From Acidobacteriota bacterium (lineage in GTDB: Bacteria > Acidobacteriota > JAAYUB01), in contig JAXGLX010000002.1 of the NCBI GenBank assembly GCA_040768985.1, forward strand, positions 4,485,871-4,549,870: a stretch of DNA of 64,000 bases. Reading direction: 5' to 3'. The notes below the pieces were generated by a model that ran no database searches, was not told the DNA's origin, and saw nothing but the letters and a program-made list of their open reading frames with translations. Within the stretch, counting starts at the first letter, position 1. Each line of letters opens with the position of its first letter. The position numbers and the translations under genes are program-made. This document shows positions 54,510 through 64,000 of the stretch, piece by piece.

Positions 54510-56234
54510 ATGATGTCAACGTCAAGTCCTGATACATCGAAAGGCGGCTACCGCAGGGAAACGGTCTGCCTGCTGTTGGCGGCCGTCCTGCTGGGCGCCG
54601 TGGTCCGGTTCTCGGGCCTGACGGAGCGCGGGCTGGCCGAAGACGAGGCGCACAAGATCCGGACCGTGCGGCAGTACCAGCGGGGAGAATTCACCGGCAA
54701 CGCCGAGCATCCCATGCTCATGAAAGGCCTCATCCTGGTGTCGGTCGCCGCGGCCGACCTCTGGAACCGCGGGGGTGCGGAGGCCGCCGGCGGACCGATC
54801 CCCGAGGAGGTGGCGATCCGCATCCCCGGCATCCTGGCGGGCGCCCTGACGGTCATCCCGCTCTTCCTGGTGGGCGCCGCGTTATTCTCCCGCCGGGTGG
54901 GGCTGCTGGCGGCCTTCCTGTGGGCCGTCGGCATCCACGCGGTGTTCATCAACCAGGTGGCCAAAGAGGACACGCTCATGGTGTTCTTCCTGCTGTGGGG
55001 CATCTACTTCCACTGGCGGATGAAGACGACGCCGGACGCAGCCGCCCGGCGGAAGCGCGCGTTTTACCTTCTGTCAGCCGCCTGTTTCGGACTTCTGCTG
55101 GCGTCCAAGTACTTCCCGCACTTCTGGGGCGTGACGCTGCTGTTCTTTTTTCTGCATCGCAAATTCAACCCCGGCCTGTATCCGCCGGACCGCTACGGAA
55201 AGCGGGAGCTGCTGCTCTACGTCGCGGTGATGGGCGCCGTCTTCCTGCTGGCCAATCCCATGATCCTGCATCCCGCGGTGATGGCGCACATTTTCTCCTA
55301 CACGGGCCAGGCCACGGTCACGCACCACGGCTACGTCATGTTCGGCCACCTGTTCCCCAACAGCATCACCCTGACGCCGTTCGGCGGCACGCCGTGGTAC
55401 TTCTATCTGCTGGCGCTGATCGTCAAACTGCCGCCGCTGGTGCTGCTGGCTTTCGTCGCCGGCACGGCGCTGTGCGTGCGGCGATGGCGGGAGGCCGGCC
55501 CCATGTTTGTCCTGCTCTGGCTGGTGTTCTGGCTGGCGCCGTACTCGGTCGTCGGCGTGAAATTCCTGCGCTATATTCTCAGCCTCATGCCGGTGGTGTA
55601 TCTCGCCGCGGCCTTTGGGACGTTCGCCGGAGCCGAGTGGATCGCCGCGCGTCTGTCCCGGTCCGGTTCCCCGGTCTATCGGTGGATCCCCGAGACCGCG
55701 CTGACCGCCCTGGTGGTGCTGGTCTCGCTGGCGGCGCTGGTCGCGGCGCATCCGTTCTATGCCCTCTACGTCAACGTGATCGGCGGCGGGGCGGAGCGCG
55801 CCGCCTATTACTTCCCCCATGACGAGTGCTACGACCTCCGGCTGCGCGAAGCGATCGCCGACACCCTCCGGCAGGCGCCTCCGGGCAGCGTCCTGGTGGG
55901 TGAAACTCCGGCCGTCTTCAGCTATTATCTCGATCGAAGCGGCCGCCGGGATGTTCAGGTGGCGAATCTGTCCGACACCCGGTTCTCCCTGCCGGTGACG
56001 GCGCCCGTCTTCGTCTTCCTGCAGCCGGGCCGGATCTATTACGAAAACGTGGCGTTCCACTCCCGGCTGTGGAACCGGGAGCGGGACCTGTTGAGCGCCC
56101 CGGTCGCCGGGCGGCCGATGGTGCGGGTGTTCCGGCTCGACGGATCGGAGTTCGGCGAGATCGTGGCGAACCGCGACACGGTTCCGTCCCGCGTCCAGGC
56201 GCCGCAAGACATGTATTTTCTCACGACGGATTAG
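54510..56234 (+). CDS. GT39/ArnT-like integral membrane glycosyltransferase
   Basis: In-frame tail of track ORF 54336-56234 from MMSTSS; multi-pass hydrophobic N-terminal half with a soluble C-terminal domain. Confidence 0.7.
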   Translation: MMSTSSPDTSKGGYRRETVCLLLAAVLLGAVVRFSGLTERGLAEDEAHKIRTVRQYQRGEFTGNAEHPMLMKGLILVSVAAADLWNRGGAEAAGGPIPEEVAIRIPGILAGALTVIPLFLVGAALFSRRVGLLAAFLWAVGIHAVFINQVAKEDTLMVFFLLWGIYFHWRMKTTPDAAARRKRAFYLLSAACFGLLLASKYFPHFWGVTLLFFFLHRKFNPGLYPPDRYGKRELLLYVAVMGAVFLLANPMILHPAVMAHIFSYTGQATVTHHGYVMFGHLFPNSITLTPFGGTPWYFYLLALIVKLPPLVLLAFVAGTALCVRRWREAGPMFVLLWLVFWLAPYSVVGVKFLRYILSLMPVVYLAAAFGTFAGAEWIAARLSRSGSPVYRWIPETALTALVVLVSLAALVAAHPFYALYVNVIGGGAERAAYYFPHDECYDLRLREAIADTLRQAPPGSVLVGETPAVFSYYLDRSGRRDVQVANLSDTRFSLPVTAPVFVFLQPGRIYYENVAFHSRLWNRERDLLSAPVAGRPMVRVFRLDGSEFGEIVANRDTVPSRVQAPQDMYFLTTD

Positions 56235-56281
56235 CCGCCGCGACATCATCCGGCCGCGCCTGTCGGGGCGGCCGGAAAAGG

Positions 56282-57319
56282 ATGAGTGTGATGAGTCAAT
56301 CGTCAACGCCCGCGGTTTCCATCGTCGTTCCCTTCCACAACGAGGAGGCGAACATCCCGCTGCTCTACGAGGAGATCACCCGGGTCATGGCCGGGATCAC
56401 CGCCGCGTACGAGCTGATCTTCGTGGACGACAAGAGCACTGACGGCTCCGTGGGCGCCATCCTTGCCCTGGTCCGCCGCGACCCCCGCGTCGTCTGCGTG
56501 AAACTGCGGCGCAACCACGGCCAGACCGGCGCCCTGGCGGCGGGTTTCGACCATGCCCGCGGGGAGATCGTCATCAGCATGGACGGCGACCTGCAGCACG
56601 ACCCGGCCGATATCCCGGCCCTGCTGCAGCCGGTCCGGGAGGACGCGTGCGACATCGCCAGCGGCTGGCGCAAGGAGCGGATCGACCCGTTCCTGTCCCG
56701 CAAGCTGCCGTCGCGGATCGCCAACTGGATCATGGCCCGGTTCTCCGGCCTCGACATTCACGACTTCGGGACCACGTTCAAGGCGTACCGCCGGGACATC
56801 CTCTCCCAGGTCCGGCTCTACGGCGATCTGCACCGGTTCATTCCGGCGCTGGCGCTGGCGTACGGCGCCCGGGTGCTCGAAGTGCCCATCAACAGCCGGA
56901 AGCGACAGCACGGCCGCTCGCACTACACCATCATGCGCACGTTCCGGGTGATGTTCGACCTGATCACCATCCGTTTCCTGCTCAAGTACATCACCCGGCC
57001 GCTGCACTTCTTCGGCCGGCCGGGCCTGCTGTGCCTGTTCGGCGGGATCGGCACCGGGCTGTTCCTGGTGGCCAAGAAGCTGCTGCTGGGCAGCGACGTG
57101 TTCACGCAGCACGCGCCGCTGCTGATGTTCGCCGTGCTGCTGGTGCTGGCCGGCGTGCAGCTCGTCTGCTTCGGGCTGCTGGGCGAGATGCTCACCCGCG
57201 TCTACTTCGAGTCCAGCCAGCGCACCATCTATGCCGTGGAGAAAGTGATTCGCCACGGCGATCCGCTGGCGCCCCGCCGCGCCGAGGCCGGCGGGGAGGC
57301 GGGTGAGGGGACGGCCTGA
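56282..57319 (+). CDS. GT2-family polyprenyl-phosphate sugar transferase (ArnC / dolichol-phosphate-mannose synthase-like)
   Basis: In-frame tail of track ORF 56069-57319 from MSVMSQ; GT2 blocks VSIVVPFHNEE, FVDDKSTDGS and ISMDGDLQHDP; C-terminal transmembrane segments. Confidence 0.85.
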   Translation: MSVMSQSSTPAVSIVVPFHNEEANIPLLYEEITRVMAGITAAYELIFVDDKSTDGSVGAILALVRRDPRVVCVKLRRNHGQTGALAAGFDHARGEIVISMDGDLQHDPADIPALLQPVREDACDIASGWRKERIDPFLSRKLPSRIANWIMARFSGLDIHDFGTTFKAYRRDILSQVRLYGDLHRFIPALALAYGARVLEVPINSRKRQHGRSHYTIMRTFRVMFDLITIRFLLKYITRPLHFFGRPGLLCLFGGIGTGLFLVAKKLLLGSDVFTQHAPLLMFAVLLVLAGVQLVCFGLLGEMLTRVYFESSQRTIYAVEKVIRHGDPLAPRRAEAGGEAGEGTA

Positions 57320-57425
57320 ATGTCCCTGGCAACGTTTGATCCGGAGCGCGCCGGCTGGTCTGCCGGTCGGCGGCTTACCCGGCCTGGAGGCCGGATGCAT
57401 CCCAATCGGTGAGGCAATCAGACCG

Positions 57426-59909
57426 ATGCGACGCACCCGAGGCAGAGCCCTGCGGCTGGGATTGGCGGCCGTGATCCTGATGGCGGTCAACCCCGTCTGG
57501 GCCGGCGCCGCGGGACCGGTGCGGATCACGGTCCGGTTCGCGCTCCCCTCGGGGGGCGTGCAGCCGCTGCCCGGGGCCACCGTGATCCTGCAGCCGGCAG
57601 CCCGGGAACGATCGCTGCAGAGTTTTACCGGCGACGACGGTGGCGTGGAGTTCGCCGACGTCGCGGCGGGCGAGTATGTCGTCGTGGCGGCGATGGACGG
57701 GTTCGTCACCATCCGCCGCAAAGTCACCGTGCTCCGGGAACAGGCGCTGGACGTGGAGCTGACGCTGCCGCTGGAGCAACTCGCCGCCTCCGTGGACGTG
57801 GTGGCCGAGAGCGAACAGGAACAGGCCCGGCAGCCGTCGCTGCCGGCGGAACTGCGCGAGGAGCTGCTCCGCACCGCCCCCCTGGTGAACGAGAAGTTTC
57901 AGGACGCGCTGCCGCTGCTGCCCGGGGTGGTCCGCGGGCCCGACGGTCTGCTCAACCTGAAGGGGGCGCGGGCGAGCCAGAGCGGCCTGCTGGTCAACTC
58001 GGTCAACGTGACCGATCCGGTGACCGGCCAGTACGCCATGGAGCTGCCCATCGAGGCCATCGAGAGCGTGAAGGTGCACGCCAACCCGTATGCGGCCGAA
58101 TACGGCAAGTTCACCGGCGCCGTCACCACCATCGAGACCCGACGGGGCACGGACACGTTCAAGTTCCTCCTGACCAACTTCATGCCGCGCCTGCGCTGGG
58201 TGGACGGCAGCACCCGCGGCTTCGAGTCGTTCACGCCGCGGCTGGCGCTGGCCGGGCCGCTGGTGCGCAACCGCGTCTGGTTCACCCAGCATCTTGAATA
58301 CCGCTTCATCCTGACCGACGTGCCATCGCTGCCGGAACCGGACAACGTGACCCAGTTGGAGACCTTCGATTCATTCACCCGCATCGACTGGGATCCCGGC
58401 GACACCCACGATGTCACGGCGGTGCTGTCCATCTACCCCCAGAACCTGAAGTACGTCAATCTGGACACCTTCCATCCGCCCGCGGTGACCCCCAACTACC
58501 GCCAGCGGGGATACTTCTTCGCGTTCTCCGACCGGATGATCCTCAACCTGAACGCGCTGGTGGAATCCTCCTTTTCGGTCAAGAAGCTGGACGCCCACAT
58601 CTGGGGCCAGTCGCTGGACACCATGACCATCACTCCGGAGACGTGGCGCGGGGCGTTCTACAACACCCAGAATCGTTTCAGCCGCCGCTACGAATGGGCC
58701 CAGACCCTGACTCTGAACCAGTCCCGCTGGCACGGGCTGCACCACCCGAAGTTCGGCTACGTGGTCTCGCGCTCGGACTTCGACGGCACCGACCGGAGCC
58801 GGGCGGTGGACATCCGCCGCGCCGACGGGACGCTGTTCCAGCGATTCGAGTTCCTTGGGGCGGGAGAGTTGTCGCAGGGCGTGACCGAGTGCACCGTCTT
58901 CGCCCAGGACCGGTGGCAGATCGGCACGCCGCTCACGCTGGACGCCGGAGTGCGGCTCGATTGGGACTCGCTGGGTGAGCGCTTCCACGTGGCGCCCCGG
59001 GCCGGGTTCGCCTGGTTACCCTTTTCGAGGGATCCGCGCACCGTCATCCGGGGCGGCCTGGGCCTGTTCTACGACAAGATTCCGCTCAACGCCGGCGCCT
59101 TCACCCAGTATCAGCAGTTCCGGGTGACCAACTATGCCGCGGACGGCCAGACCGTCGTGGCCGGGCCGCTCACGCTGGAGAACATCCTGGCGGACGAACG
59201 GCTGGACAACGCCTGCTCCCTCACCTGGAACCTGGAGCTTGACCGGGAGATTACCCGCGGCCTATGGGCACGGGCCGGCTACCAGAACCGCGAGCAGCGG
59301 AACGACCTGGTGGTGGATCCGGTGGTCGGCGAGACGCCCGATTTGGTGCTAAGCAACCGGGGGAGCTCCAGCTACAAGGAGTGGCTCTTCAGCCTGCGGT
59401 ATCGGTTCCGCCAGGCGGACGAGGTGACCTTCTCCTATGTGCGCTCGTCGGCGGTAGGCAACCTCAACGCCTTTGAGCTGTACTTCGGCAACTACCACTA
59501 TCCCGTCATCCGGATGGACGAAGTGGGACCGCAGCCGTTCGACGTGTCGGATCGGTTCCTCCTCACCGGCGTGACCACCCTGCCGTACGGCATCATCCTG
59601 GCGCCGCTGCTGGAGATCCGCGACGGCTTCCCCTACTCCCTCGTGGACGAGGAGCAACGCTTCGTCGGCGCCCGCAACCGCGGCGGTCGCTTCCCGTTGT
59701 TCGCCTCGCTGGATTTCACGCTGATGAAGAAGGTGGACATCAAGCTTCGGGGGCGCGTGTACCATACCCAGATCGGCGTGAAGATCTACAACCTGACGAA
59801 CCACTGGAATCCCCGCGACGTCCAGAACAACGTGGACAGTCCGGCGTTCGGCACCTTCTACAACAGCGTGGGCCGGCAGTTCCGGGGAAAATTCGAGATC
59901 GATTTCTGA
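57426..59909 (+). CDS. Large outer-membrane beta-barrel protein, TonB-dependent-receptor-like, with N-terminal carboxypeptidase-regulatory-like domain
   Basis: In-frame tail of track ORF 57303-59909 from MRRTRG; signal peptide; C-terminal aromatic residue (EIDF). Confidence 0.65.
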   Translation: MRRTRGRALRLGLAAVILMAVNPVWAGAAGPVRITVRFALPSGGVQPLPGATVILQPAARERSLQSFTGDDGGVEFADVAAGEYVVVAAMDGFVTIRRKVTVLREQALDVELTLPLEQLAASVDVVAESEQEQARQPSLPAELREELLRTAPLVNEKFQDALPLLPGVVRGPDGLLNLKGARASQSGLLVNSVNVTDPVTGQYAMELPIEAIESVKVHANPYAAEYGKFTGAVTTIETRRGTDTFKFLLTNFMPRLRWVDGSTRGFESFTPRLALAGPLVRNRVWFTQHLEYRFILTDVPSLPEPDNVTQLETFDSFTRIDWDPGDTHDVTAVLSIYPQNLKYVNLDTFHPPAVTPNYRQRGYFFAFSDRMILNLNALVESSFSVKKLDAHIWGQSLDTMTITPETWRGAFYNTQNRFSRRYEWAQTLTLNQSRWHGLHHPKFGYVVSRSDFDGTDRSRAVDIRRADGTLFQRFEFLGAGELSQGVTECTVFAQDRWQIGTPLTLDAGVRLDWDSLGERFHVAPRAGFAWLPFSRDPRTVIRGGLGLFYDKIPLNAGAFTQYQQFRVTNYAADGQTVVAGPLTLENILADERLDNACSLTWNLELDREITRGLWARAGYQNREQRNDLVVDPVVGETPDLVLSNRGSSSYKEWLFSLRYRFRQADEVTFSYVRSSAVGNLNAFELYFGNYHYPVIRMDEVGPQPFDVSDRFLLTGVTTLPYGIILAPLLEIRDGFPYSLVDEEQRFVGARNRGGRFPLFASLDFTLMKKVDIKLRGRVYHTQIGVKIYNLTNHWNPRDVQNNVDSPAFGTFYNSVGRQFRGKFEIDF

Positions 59910-60124
59910 TCGGCCGGCGAGTGAATCCCGACGCGATCCGGTCCCGCCGGATGCGTTCGGATTGGGGCATGCCGGCCGGTCCGGGTTCTTGCGGCGAGAT
60001 GATCCCTCCGCCGACGGACACCCTGAGCATCCGACCGGGCAAAAAATCGACCAGCCGTTCAACTATCGTCCAAACGCGCCATCCTAATAGAAGTAACCAT
60101 CATTATCTCAAGGAGGAACACCGA

Positions 60125-60622
60125 ATGAAGCGCGTCTCGTATTGGGTGCTTGTCGTGGCCGTAACGGGGGTGTGCGTGGGGTTCGCTCTGGCTGCCGCGA
60201 CAATGAAGCCGCCGAAAAAGGAACAGAAGCTGGTACGGGTGCCGGGCGACCAGGCGTGGACGGACACGGGCCTGGTCATCACGCGCAAGGACCGAGTTAC
60301 CATTTCGGCTTCGGGCACCGTCTGCTTCCACAATGGCGCCCGCGACTCCGGGGTGGGACCACTGGGCTGGTCCCGGGGCAACTACCAGGCCGCCTGGCCC
60401 GATGACTGGGTCAGCTGCGACGATCCACTCCCGTCGGGCGGACATGCCGGGCTGCTGGCCCGGGTCGGAAGCGAGGAACTCTTCGTCGGCGGCAGCGTCA
60501 CCTTTCAACACAAGGAAGGCCGGCTGTACCTCGGAATCAACGACTGCACGCTGAAGGGGGACTTTTTCAACACCGGCCAGTTCAACGCGACAGTGAAGGT
60601 GGAGCGAAACGTCATTCCGTAA
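60125..60622 (+). CDS. Small secreted beta-sandwich protein, possibly LecA/PA-IL lectin-like
   Basis: In-frame tail of track ORF 59921-60622 from MKRVSY; AAGGAGG RBS; signal peptide; fold assignment is by-eye resemblance only. Confidence 0.5.
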   Translation: MKRVSYWVLVVAVTGVCVGFALAAATMKPPKKEQKLVRVPGDQAWTDTGLVITRKDRVTISASGTVCFHNGARDSGVGPLGWSRGNYQAAWPDDWVSCDDPLPSGGHAGLLARVGSEELFVGGSVTFQHKEGRLYLGINDCTLKGDFFNTGQFNATVKVERNVIP

Positions 60623-60837
60623 CCGCACGGGCGACCAATGGAATCCTGCACGAAATCGTGCTGTCCGCAGGCGTTCGGGTGACCACGGGGCCGCCGAATC
60701 GTCCCATCGGCCGACGGTATCGACTGGACCGGTTTCGGAAATTTGTTGTTCAATTTTGAAACTTTATCATGCGTCAGTGGATCTAACATAAAATATATGC
60801 CCATCAACATATTTCATTCCATCTCAGGAGAAAATCA

Positions 60838-61386
60838 ATGGACCTGATGGAAGTGCTTCTCAACACGGGGGGCGGCGGGGCCATCGGCCAGATCGCCCAG
60901 CAGTTCGGGTTGCAGGAGGATCAGGCGCAGTCGGCGGTGGCCAGCCTGCTGCCGGCGCTGCAGGCGGGGCTATCCCGGAACGTCAGGCAGGAAGGCGGAA
61001 TGGACAGCCTGTTCCAGGCGCTGGCCGGCGGCGGCCACCAGCAGTACATCGACAATCCGGGCATCCTGGGTTCGGCCGACAACATCACGGACGGCAACGG
61101 CATCCTGGGACATATCCTGGGCAGCAAAGACGTGAGCCGGGCCGTCGCCGCCCAGGCGTCCCAGCAGACCGGCATCGGCACGGAGATCCTGAAAAAGATG
61201 CTGCCCATCGTGGCCAGCCTGGTGATGGGTTCGCTGAGCCGCCAGACGAACGCGCCGGCCGCGCCGCAGTCGCCGTTCGGCCAGTCCGGCGGCGGAATGG
61301 ATATCCTGTCCTCGATCCTGGGCGGCGGCGACGACAGCTCCGCCGGCGGCCTGATGGGGATGCTGGGCAAACTCCTCGGCGGTTAG
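60838..61386 (+). CDS. DUF937/YidB-like Gly-rich protein
   Basis: Track ORF 182 aa; AGGAG RBS; N-terminal block LLNTGGGGAIGQIAQQFGL. Confidence 0.6.
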   Translation: MDLMEVLLNTGGGGAIGQIAQQFGLQEDQAQSAVASLLPALQAGLSRNVRQEGGMDSLFQALAGGGHQQYIDNPGILGSADNITDGNGILGHILGSKDVSRAVAAQASQQTGIGTEILKKMLPIVASLVMGSLSRQTNAPAAPQSPFGQSGGGMDILSSILGGGDDSSAGGLMGMLGKLLGG

Positions 61387-61473
61387 TCCGTCGGCTTCGT
61401 ACGAGACCATCCGGACGGCCGCCCGCGCGGCCGGCCTGAACGTTTTATCATCATATCCGGTTAAGGAGGCACT

Positions 61474-61851
61474 ATGGCTTTGAAAGACAAGTACCAGGAG
61501 CTGATGACCCTGGCCACCCGCCTGGAGATCCGGGATCTCGAATTCACGGAGGAGGGGGGCAAGCTCCGCATCAAAGGGACCACCACCTACCAGCTCGAGA
61601 AGGACCTGTTCTGGGACAAGATCAAGCAGTACCCCGAATGGCAATCCGAGGTCGCGGCGGACATCCGCGCCGATCGGACGGACATCCACGGCGTCCACAT
61701 CGTCCAGCCGGGCGACACGCTGTCCAAGATCGCCAAGGTCCATCTGGACGACGCCAAGCGGTACATGGAAATTTTCAACGCCAACAAGGACATCCTGAAG
61801 GACCCGAACCTGATCCAGGTGGGTCAGAAGCTGGTGATCCCCAAGCGCTGA
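61474..61851 (+). CDS. LysM-domain peptidoglycan-binding protein
   Basis: Track ORF 125 aa; C-terminal LysM block HIVQPGDTLSKIAK...ANKDIL...LIQVGQKLVIP. Confidence 0.8.
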   Translation: MALKDKYQELMTLATRLEIRDLEFTEEGGKLRIKGTTTYQLEKDLFWDKIKQYPEWQSEVAADIRADRTDIHGVHIVQPGDTLSKIAKVHLDDAKRYMEIFNANKDILKDPNLIQVGQKLVIPKR

Positions 61852-61969
61852 GCTTCGCCCCATCGTCCGCCGGATCGCCGGACTGCCACTCCCCGGGGAG
61901 TGCGGCGTATCGGGCGGCAACACGTGCATCGAACGGATACACTATTCCACCCAAGAGGAGGAGCTTGAC

Positions 61970-62302
61970 ATGGCCGCAAAGTTTGACTTGAAGATGAGCA
62001 AGAACGGGCGGTTCACATTCAACCTGAAGGCCGCCAACGGACAGGTCATCCTGACCAGTGAGATGTACAACACCAAGGCCGCCGCCGAAAACGGAATCGC
62101 CTCGGTTCAGAAGAACGCGGCGTACGACGACCGCTACGAGCGGAAGGTGGCCAAGGATGGACAGCATTTCTTCGTGCTGAAGGCGGCGAACCTCCAGGTC
62201 ATCGGCAAGAGCGAGCTCTACAAAGCCGCCGCGTCCATGGAGAAGGGCATCGCGTCGGTGAAGAAGAACGGCCCCGTCGCCAAAATCGACGACAAGGCAT
62301 AG
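61970..62302 (+). CDS. YegP-family protein (tandem DUF1508 repeats)
   Basis: Track ORF 110 aa; two internal repeats FTFNLKAANGQVILTSEMY and FFVLKAANLQVIGKSELY. Confidence 0.8.
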   Translation: MAAKFDLKMSKNGRFTFNLKAANGQVILTSEMYNTKAAAENGIASVQKNAAYDDRYERKVAKDGQHFFVLKAANLQVIGKSELYKAAASMEKGIASVKKNGPVAKIDDKA

Positions 62303-62318
62303 ATCCCAACGGGATGGC

Positions 62319-62357
62319 GGCACCAGCCGGAGCAACGGCTGGTGCCGCTTTGTTTTC
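62319..62357 (+). terminator. Rho-independent terminator: 11-bp GC-rich stem (GGCACCAGCCG / CGGCTGGTGCC), 6-nt loop, T-rich tail
   Basis: Read directly, immediately after the YegP-family stop. Confidence 0.6.
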
Positions 62358-62624
62358 ATCGCGCCGGGTGCCGCCAAACGGGGGATCGTCCCGTTGAGCT
62401 TCCTGAACAGCGGGCGTGGCGTGCTGCCGCCGCCAGCGGGCGTTTCGTTTCAACGGTTGCCCCAGCGGCGGTCTGCGGGGGCCGACCGTTCAATCAAACC
62501 ATACTCGGAGGATGCGCCGCTGCTTGGGGCGCGCCCTTTCCCGGACTGCCGGAGCAGCAATCAATATTCTGGTTCTGCGTTACCAAGGCTAAAATGAGGT
62601 GCGTCTGGACAGCCGGTTGTGCCT

Positions 62625-62652
62625 TGACATCTCCGGCCGGGCCGGATACTGT
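62625..62652 (+). promoter_or_regulatory. Candidate promoter TTGACA-N16-TACTGT upstream of the lipoprotein gene
   Basis: Perfect -35 hexamer read directly; weak -10. Confidence 0.3.
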
Positions 62653-62681
62653 CGTCCGAACAAAAGTTGAGCAGGAGCGCA

Positions 62682-63302
62682 ATGAAAAAATTACTGGGTA
62701 CAGCGATGGCCGTCTGGGGGCTGGCCGCCCTGGCGTGGGCCGGTTCCGTCAGTTTTGTCTCGACCTGGAAGAATCCCAACGCCGGCCCGTTGGATCGGAC
62801 CGGCCGGAAGGTGGCCACGTTCGTGATCAATCCGGATGAATCCATGCGGTTGGGACCTGAGGAGACACTGGCCGCGGAGCTGCGCAGTCGCGGGGTGGAT
62901 TGCCTGGCCGGTTACACCGTCCTGCCGGTCGAACTGGCCCGTGACCGGGACAAGGCCCAGGCGTTCCTGAAGCGGGTGGGGATCGCGTACGCCATCCTGA
63001 TCCGGGTGGCAGGCAAGGGGGAGGAGCTTCACTACATGCCCGGCACCGCCTGGTACGCCGGACCGCACTATTCGAATTTCTGGGGTTACTGGGACTACGG
63101 CTGGTCGACGGTGTATTCGCCGGGCTACGTGTATTCGGACACGGTGGTCTCTCTGGAGACGCTGGTTTACTCTATCGAGGAAAACACGCTGCTCTGGGCG
63201 GGATTGTGCAAGGCGACCAATCCGAAGGATATCCGCAAACTGGTCAAAGAGATCGCCGACGCGGCCGGCAAGAAAATACGCAAGGCAGGCTTGATCCGAT
63301 AG
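62682..63302 (+). CDS. Hypothetical secreted/lipoprotein-like protein
   Basis: In-frame tail of track ORF 62667-63302 from MKKLLG; GGAG RBS; signal peptide; no domain recognised. Confidence 0.55.
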   Translation: MKKLLGTAMAVWGLAALAWAGSVSFVSTWKNPNAGPLDRTGRKVATFVINPDESMRLGPEETLAAELRSRGVDCLAGYTVLPVELARDRDKAQAFLKRVGIAYAILIRVAGKGEELHYMPGTAWYAGPHYSNFWGYWDYGWSTVYSPGYVYSDTVVSLETLVYSIEENTLLWAGLCKATNPKDIRKLVKEIADAAGKKIRKAGLIR

Positions 63303-63481
63303 CGGACAGGGAGCTGGCGCCGCAGGGCATGCGACCCGGGTCTCCCGGTTAGAAAAAACACTGTCCATCGGCGGGATAGTGGATACATGCTGAGAAAATC
63401 GCCGGCCGTTCCGGTGTCGAACCTGCCGTGGCGACACTCGGCTGAAATCCACAACACCGCCCTGTCCCTGGTCGGGACGGG

Positions 63482-64000
63482 CTACCCGGCTGAGGCGGCT
63501 TTTCGCCGCGCGAGGTGGCGGTAGACGAACAGGCCCACCAGGGCGACGAGGATCGCCACCACCACGATGTCCACGACGTGGCTGTACTCCATGACCAGGT
63601 GCCAGTTCTGCTTCAGGTAATAACCCACGACCGTGAGGAAGGCATTCCAGAGACCGGCGCCGATCACGGTGTAGATAGAAAACTTGACCAGGTTCATCCG
63701 GGCGATGCCCGCCGGGATGGAGATCAGGTGGCGGACCACCGGGATGAAGCGGGAGATCAGGATCGCCACTTCGCCCCGCCGCGTAAAGAAGCGCTCGGTG
63801 ATCGCCAGGTCGTGCGGGTCCAGCAGGAAGTACTTGCCGTACCGGGTGATGAAGGGGCGGCCGCCGTACTGCCCCATCCAATAGGATAGCAGCGACCCAA
63901 CGAGACTGGCCAGGGTGCTCACCGCGATCACGCCGAAGAAGGAAAACCGCCCTTCGGCGATGAGGAAGCCGGCGAACGGCATCACCGCCTCGCTGGGCAG
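63482..64000 (-). CDS. DedA-family membrane protein, partial (N-terminus beyond window end)
   Basis: Track ORF 63482-63985; frame stays open to the window edge; PSEAVMPFAGFL block typical of DedA proteins. Confidence 0.75.
   Translation of the reverse strand: MPSEAVMPFAGFLIAEGRFSFFGVIAVSTLASLVGSLLSYWMGQYGGRPFITRYGKYFLLDPHDLAITERFFTRRGEVAILISRFIPVVRHLISIPAGIARMNLVKFSIYTVIGAGLWNAFLTVVGYYLKQNWHLVMEYSHVVDIVVVAILVALVGLFVYRHLARRKAASAG

Overview
High-GC (roughly 65-70%) bacterial chromosomal window, densely coding; most genes can be called with confidence from the six-frame track, and the many long ORFs antisense to them are high-GC artefacts. From left to right: (1) on the minus strand, a NuoE/NuoF/NuoG-like flavin/Fe-S module preceded by a sensory-type [FeFe]-hydrogenase-like gene, two DRTGG/HATPase regulator genes and a Cys-rich zinc-ribbon protein; (2) a hypothetical gene bracketed by GATTACGA-rich minisatellite arrays; (3) pckA divergent from a methylmalonyl-CoA transcarboxylase-like operon (12S, cupin, 5S, biotin carrier); (4) P5C dehydrogenase; (5) a dockerin-tailed secreted protein; (6) an 11-kb gene for a 3558-aa surface protein (DUF11-like, CARDB-like, YWTD beta-propeller, Ig-like arrays) bracketed by ~275-bp diverged direct repeats that duplicate the convergent 3' ends of the neighbouring dockerin-protein and M48-peptidase genes; (7) a sucrose-type module (SPS-like, SPP-glycosidase fusion, fructokinase); (8) ABC exporter, cysteine synthase, two OmpA paralogs, K+ channel; (9) a cluster of REP-like GC-rich palindromes; (10) a BtpA / pseudouridine kinase / pseudouridine-5'-phosphate glycosidase operon; (11) a serine hydrolase, an RND efflux operon with MarR, a GT39/GT2 pair, a large outer-membrane protein, several small secreted proteins and a partial DedA gene. 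I found no rRNA, tRNA, CRISPR array, transposase/integrase or recognisable defence system. The best candidates for something undescribed are the repeat-bracketed hypothetical gene, the sensory-hydrogenase regulatory cassette and the duplication-flanked giant surface-protein locus. All non-coding coordinates are approximate (+/- a few nt); nothing was searched against a database.
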